A stretch of DNA of 64,000 bases from Chrysomallon squamiferum (lineage: Eukaryota; Animalia; Mollusca): NCBI GenBank assembly GCA_012295275.1, contig CM022665.1:14880001-14944000 (forward strand). Reading direction: 5' to 3'. The number at the start of each line of letters is the position of its first letter. Position 1 is the first letter of the stretch. The notes below the pieces were generated by a model. That model saw only the letters and a program-made list of their open reading frames with translations, was not told the DNA's origin and did not search any database. The position numbers and the translations under genes are program-made. Shown here piece after piece: positions 58,055 to 64,000 of the stretch.

Positions 58055-59242
58055 ACAGTCGGTAAATAGTTATTTATTTTGTGTCCTGTAATCCTAAGTA
58101 ACACAAAAATTAAATGAAATTAAATGAAATTAACTGAAATTAACTATTCTGAACTCATTACACTTGAGAGCAGTATGTTATATGTACTGACTTTGTTTGT
58201 GCTTACCAAAAATATACATCAAAACAAAATAGTTCTTAAATAAAGAATGAATGAATATTTATGGTACTTATACAGGAAATATATATGTGTGTGTGTGTGT
58301 CTATATATATACACATATATATGTATGTATAAATAGACAGACAGACAAACAGAAAAGATCTGTTTCTTTCTCTCTTTTTCTCTCTTCCTTGTTATATGTA
58401 AATAAGAAAGACAAATAAGAACACATTATTTTGCCTGATGTTCCTTCTCGGCTACTTTTTAATTCCTAATGTTATATATTATCGTTATAGCTCGGGTGAT
58501 CGTAAACAAGGAACGGTCGTGGCGACATTATTGACACGCAATAATGGGATCTATTTTAATGATAATTAAAAGGACGGTATTAAGTCTTTGCTACTTACTG
58601 AACATCAGACAGGTTCACCGCACTGTTTACTTTTTAGTAATGGAAGCCATAACTCAGTGACAATCCCACATTCTCTGGCAGTAGGCGGTAGTAAATGTGT
58701 GTACTTAAAAAACTTCAAAACGTTAAATCTTTTCAAAACTAGTATTTATTTATTATTATTTTGTTGTTTTTTTGTTTAGTTTTTATTTTTTTTTTTTTTT
58801 TTTTTTGTTTTTTTGTTCATATTTTGTTGTTGTTGTTAATTTTTTAATTTAAAAAAAAAATGATTTTATGGTGTTTTGTTTAGTCAGGTGCGTTTCCATG
58901 TTTTATTATTAGTATTATTATGTTTTATTTCACACATCTTCTTTCAGCCTTTCTTTATTACCATTATTAATACTATTATTTTAGTAGTAGTAGTAGTAGT
59001 AGTAGTAGTACTAGTAGTAGCAGCAGTAGTCGTAATGGTAGTGATAATGATAATAGTAGTGATAGTAGTAGTAGTGGTAGCAGTAGTAATAGTAGTAGTA
59101 GTAGTACGTTCATGAAAAAATAATAATCAAAAGATTTGCTTGGTTTGACAGTACCATTAGGGTACTTTTTACTATCGACTATTGAAGGAAACCTACCACG
59201 TTTTTCCATTTTTGGTAAGGAATATCTCTCTCTCTCTCACAC

Positions 59243-59278
<36 letters not shown>

Positions 59279-59591
59279 ATATACACACTCACAAAGGCGC
59301 GCACACACCACATATGCAGTGAGAAAAAGAGAGACAGATACACACACACCTATTTCATAGGTATCGTGTCATTAATATAGAAAACTAAGGTAAATATATA
59401 CGTTCATATGATTAAATAACAGTTGTAATAACAGCGATATTCTTTATTTTAATAATTACATAAGGATATATAAATATATTTCATTAACTTGATGCATTAA
59501 TTTATCTGTAATAAAGTTTATTTATAATAATTACAAAGAAGAAAAAATATAAATTTATACTAATATCAAAAATAATAATAAAAATACAAGC

Positions 59592-59663
59592 GGGCTCGTC
59601 CGGGATTCGAACCCGGGACCTCTCGCACCCGAAGCGAGAATCATACCCCTAGACCAACGAGCC
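59592..59663 (-). tRNA. tRNA-Pro(CGG), identical to the 51679 copy
   Basis: Exact reverse complement of the 72-nt gene at 51679; a T5 Pol III terminator lies ~7 nt downstream on the minus strand. Confidence 0.97.
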
Positions 59664-60457
59664 GATATACATGTCGCGGCCAATTTTCTCTACTGTATCG
59701 TTCATGTCAATACCGTGTTTTAGGTTTATTAAAATAACTATAGTAGTGCTAGTTTAAAGTAACGTTTTTACGTTCACCTCCTTATTTTGTTATACATATG
59801 AAAATCGTTCAGGTTTTAATTAATTATCACGTAAAATAGAATAGTTATCAAGAAAGACAGACAGAGATTCCAAGTTTGGATCACGACTTTCTCAACAATA
59901 TGAACGTTATCTGTTCCGTTGGTATTAGCTATTACCTATGGGCGGAGACAAGATACGGAGTGCACAGCAGATGAAAATTTTATAAATGGGGAAACAGGAT
60001 CGAATCTTCATATAACATTGAACTCATGAATTGTAAACAGTAAAAAAATTTACAAAGCAACTTTTCTTTCTTTCTATTTTTTCATTATCCCTTCTTCATC
60101 TTCTTATTTATTTATTTATTTTTCTATTTATTGGTCCAACGATAAATTATTCAGCAAACTACTGTAATTCGGTCTGAATCTGTAATATCCCACATAAATA
60201 AATAAAATAAATAAATAAATAAATAAATAAACTATCATTCCGATATTAAATTATCTCCTTCATTTATTCCAAACACAACAAAGAAAGCTATAAGAAAATA
60301 ACTGTGACAGCTTCTAAATTTTAAAAAATAATTTATTAATAACAATTTATTTGCGAGTTCAGCCGGCTAAGGCTCCCTTATGTCCTTAAGACAAAACTAT
60401 CTTGCAAGAATATAAATAAAAATATAAATGTAAATTATTTTATTTATTTATTTATTA

Positions 60458-60517
<60 letters not shown>

Positions 60518-61864
60518 GCTATAGTCAGTACTGGAAACTGAGAAATGTATACAAAAAAGTCACGTTATTTTGCGGTAAAGACCGCGTGCACCCAAAATGC
60601 TTCTATGAATCATCGGATTATCGAAATGAAAACCAAAATACAGGAAAAGCATGTCTTGCACAATACTTCCCCCTCTACCACAAAAAAAAAAAAAAAAAAA
60701 TTAAAAATCTTTATTTATACCGGTAAATGACCTGCTGTCCCAGCTACACTCCTTTAAAACATATCTAAATCGAACTATGCTTGTTCGAAGTGGATGACTA
60801 ACGTTGTTTTGAACATTTAGGTCGCACGCTGTTCTCTTTCCTACTACGCAATAAATATTTATTCCAGAAGCCATTCGTTACAGCTGTAAGAGTCATCGAC
60901 CTTGAACGACTTTTCAACCAATGAAATCTCAAGATTTCCCACCAGCTGTGGGAATATTTAGCATTTCTGTAATTTCTATTGGCTAATGGAAAAAGAAGAG
61001 AAAAAAGTTTGCATCCGCATGTCACGTTTCGTTTTTCAGTTCACTGCTTTTTCAAAGAAAAAGATCAAATGGAATTTTCTAAAAAGCAATTACCCAGTTT
61101 ACAGCAATATGGGGAGATTTTTCGCATGATATATATTCTCAGGTGCTACAGTAATTTTATGTTTCAATTTTTCAAAAACAAATGTAATATCAATTTTAAA
61201 ATTTAATTAATTAAAATAAAATAAAAACGAATAAGAAAAAAAAATCGGAAAATTTATTAACTTAGTAACCAAAGCTATATTTCTTTCGTCTTTCTCTCTT
61301 TCTTTCCTTTCCTTTTTTTTTTTTTGATGTTCTTTTACCCCATGACTATATTTAATACAAACTGCAGGTTAATTATAGTTTCTGAAATTATTATTCGTGT
61401 TTCATGATTCGAAACAAAAATTATACAAAGAGATCGATCACCCTTATTGAAAATTATATTTTTATTTCAATATTATAATTATTATTTTAAATAAGAATAC
61501 ATTTTAAAATTGCAACAGTAATAATATTAAAAGTAAACAGTAATAACAAATAATTATGTATTTTACAGTGACAGGGGAACCAACTGTGATTTTTCAAATT
61601 AAATAAGTCTGAACGAGTTATCTCCGCTAGTAACTTTCACACATTGGTTTTATTTACCTATTTTGTGTTAATTTTAATTACTTTTGAATTGTAAAATATA
61701 TTAATTAGTTTTATGCTGACCTATTTTTTACTTTTTATTTATTTACTTCAGTTAATTAATTTATTTATTATAATCATCCACGTCGCCGTGGTTATAGTCA
61801 CCATCATCACCATCGTCATGGTCATCATCATCATTATTACAATCTTTCCGCCTCGTAGGATTTA

Positions 61865-61903
<39 letters not shown>

Positions 61904-62185
61904 TCTTATTAACAATTCCGAAATGATCCCTTAAGTTAATATTATTATCAGATAATGTAATAAGTACGAATAAAAGAATAAACATTTTACATCTTAAACG
62001 AACAAATGTTTATGTGTAAAAGAACACTTACAATACTGTAGCGAAAAGAAACTGATTTAAAGCTATTTGTTATTACTTTTATCGTTTTCTTTCTTGTTAA
62101 TCTCTGAACACTACGTTCGAAATACGGTTTTGGCTTTTTACCTAAATAGGAAAATACGTTACAGGAATGAATTGCCGTAAAGCGT

Positions 62186-62197
62186 CAAAATGGCTGC
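62186..62197 (+). promoter_or_regulatory. YY1-type motif (CAAAATGGCTGC) overlapping the MFSD9 start codon
   Basis: Matches the AAAATGGC core typical of metazoan housekeeping promoters where YY1 sites overlap the ATG. Confidence 0.45.
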
Positions 62198-62306
62198 GCC
62201 CATTGATCAAGAGAAGCAGAATGCGGTGAAAACAAAACTTCGTAATAAAAAGACAGTCAGTTTCCTAGATGATCCAGCATTTATAATATATTTCTGTGGA
62301 TTCTTG
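62190..62306 (+). CDS. MFSD9: MFS transporter MFSD9, coding exon 1 (MAAPIDQEKQNAVKTKLRNKKTVSFLDDPAFIIYFCGFL)
   Basis: AAAATGG start, 39 open codons, GTAATG donor at 62307 (phase 0). Spliced product ...IIYFCGFL-DLFAVSMIIMQILPHCRELGASPTLTGII-GSTYGALQLFSSPII matches recalled vertebrate MFSD9 TM1-TM2 (LYLVGFLDLFGVSMVVPLL...[23 protein letters not shown]). Confidence 0.92.
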
Positions 62307-63048
62307 GTAATGATTTCAATGCTTTTTTTTTTCAAAAAAATAGTTTTCTTCTGTGCAAAATAAATCAACAGGTGTTGAGTTCTGACAAATCCGGTTCGTC
62401 AACGTGACCAGGTTTATTTGTCGTAATAGTATAAGACTGATGACAATTTCATTTTTAAAACCTTTCATTTTGTTATCGCGTTGGAAGTTTTGAAAATAAC
62501 TTGTTTTAGAAATGAAAGAATTACTACTGTATAATAAATTATTAAAACGGTTTATTAACTTACATTTAATTAATCTGAATAATTATTTTAATGTCAGAAA
62601 TTTAATTATTATTACCCGAGTAGATTTATAGGTGAAGATTTCTTCTTTCTTTTTAATAAAACATTTTAAACCTCTTTTTTTTTTTTTTTTTTCATGATAT
62701 AGAGCTTTTTATCAAATACCTTTAAAAAATCAACAACAAAGCAAACAGAAAACAAAAGTACACCATATGGCAGTATGGTATTGCCACTACTGGACATAAA
62801 ATCAGTTGCTGCAGCTATTTGGGAATTGAAATCAATTTTCCAAGAGTGGATAAAATGATAATAAAAATAATAAATAATGATAACACGGTGGGGGGGGGTG
62901 TTTGTTTTTTTAATCATCATATGTTGACCAAAAAACCCCAAACAAACAAATATTTTCATTCAGATGAATCTGTTCCAGTATGTTTTTTTGCATAAATAAT
63001 GATAACAATATTAATAAAAATATCTCTTTTAATTTATTTTTTCTTCAG

Positions 63049-63136
63049 GATCTGTTTGCTGTTAGTATGATCATAATGCAGATTCTGCCACACTGTAGAG
63101 AGTTAGGAGCTTCACCTACACTGACAGGAATTATTG
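63049..63136 (+). CDS. MFSD9: MFSD9 coding exon 2 (DLFAVSMIIMQILPHCRELGASPTLTGII + G)
   Basis: Polypyrimidine tract and TTCAG acceptor ending at 63048; 88 nt; ends at a non-canonical G|GCAAGT donor (phase 1), which is needed to keep frame with exon 3. Confidence 0.92.
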
Positions 63137-63414
63137 GCAAGTCTGAACTATTTAAATAATATCTGAACTGACATATATATTAATAGAAGTTATCCTGTAA
63201 ATCTGCTGATGTGTTACGTGAGAAGTTAGAATGTTGATGAGTGTGTACATGTTTGATTTTGCATTTTCACATTTGTTACTGCATCAGTCTTTACTGGTGG
63301 TTATTTTTAAAATCAACAAACCTATAATACAAGCTTTCTGTTGTTGTAAAACTGATTCAAGTCAAACACTTAATATATTATGTCATAATGGTAATAAAAT
63401 TTCGTTTTATTTTA

Positions 63415-63457
<43 letters not shown>

Positions 63458-63611
63458 TTGTGTTATTGGTATTTGTATCTTGTTGTTTTGGTTCTTGTTA
63501 TTATTGATATTATTTTATAGTGTTGTTATTATTGTTATTTGTAATAGTATTAGTATTATATTACAGTTTATCAGACACTGTAATTCATTTTTAATAATAT
63601 TTTTGTTTCAG

Positions 63612-63655
63612 GTTCCACCTATGGTGCATTACAACTGTTTTCTAGCCCTATCATA
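63612..63655 (+). CDS. MFSD9: MFSD9 coding exon 3 (GSTYGALQLFSSPII); gene continues beyond the window
   Basis: TTTTGTTTCAG acceptor, 44 nt, GTGAGT donor at 63656; in frame with exon 2; MFS TM2 sequence just before the motif-A loop. Confidence 0.92.
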
Positions 63656-64000
63656 GTGAGTATTTATCTCCCTTGTTTAATATTCAGAACACTGTTTACT
63701 GATTCCTCATAGTAATGTTGTAATAATAATAATATTTAAAACAAAAATAATGTCATACCTCTTGCAATGGTAGTTTAATAAATTATATATATATATATAA
63801 ACATTTTTTTTTTGTTCAGCAATGTGATTGTATTTGATTAGTGTTGATACTCTGCAAGTTGATGGCAGTAAATTCTTTTTCACTGAATAATATTACATAC
63901 AGTTATAAATTTATAAGAGAAATAAATGCATGTGCAAAAAACCTACCTGGCATACTAAAACTATAATTTGTGAACCACATCATGTTAGAAATGATTTATT

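Overview
AT-rich, microsatellite-saturated animal genomic DNA. A mollusc, probably a gastropod, is inferred from the SINE/MITE types recalled from memory. Nearly all supplied ORFs are simple-repeat artefacts. Well-supported features: (1) the first three coding exons of an MFSD9 orthologue on the + strand (62190-63655, continuing past the window), with a GC-AG second intron; (2) two identical, convergent tRNA-Pro(CGG) genes (51679-51750 +, 59592-59663 -) and a decayed third copy (52380-52451 -); (3) a ~1.07 kb TA-flanked element with ~138-bp TIRs between the tRNAs; (4) several minisatellites and a twice-occurring dispersed repeat. Less certain: a frameshifted class A peptide-GPCR TM6-TM7 pseudogene fragment (~11680-11928) next to a MetaSINE-like insertion, and a TATA-driven minus-strand transcription start near 1530 whose first AUG (perfect GCCGCC Kozak) opens a 12-aa ORF. 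The ~50 kb upstream of that start has no recognisable intact gene. It carries repeated IR1 and DR4 nuclear-receptor elements, nine perfect CREs and a CTCF-like site, and ends at the tRNA cluster. The most interesting hypothesis, unproven, is an NR1H(EcR/LXR)-RXR- and cAMP-responsive regulatory domain driving a small-ORF or uORF-controlled transcript and bounded by tDNAs.
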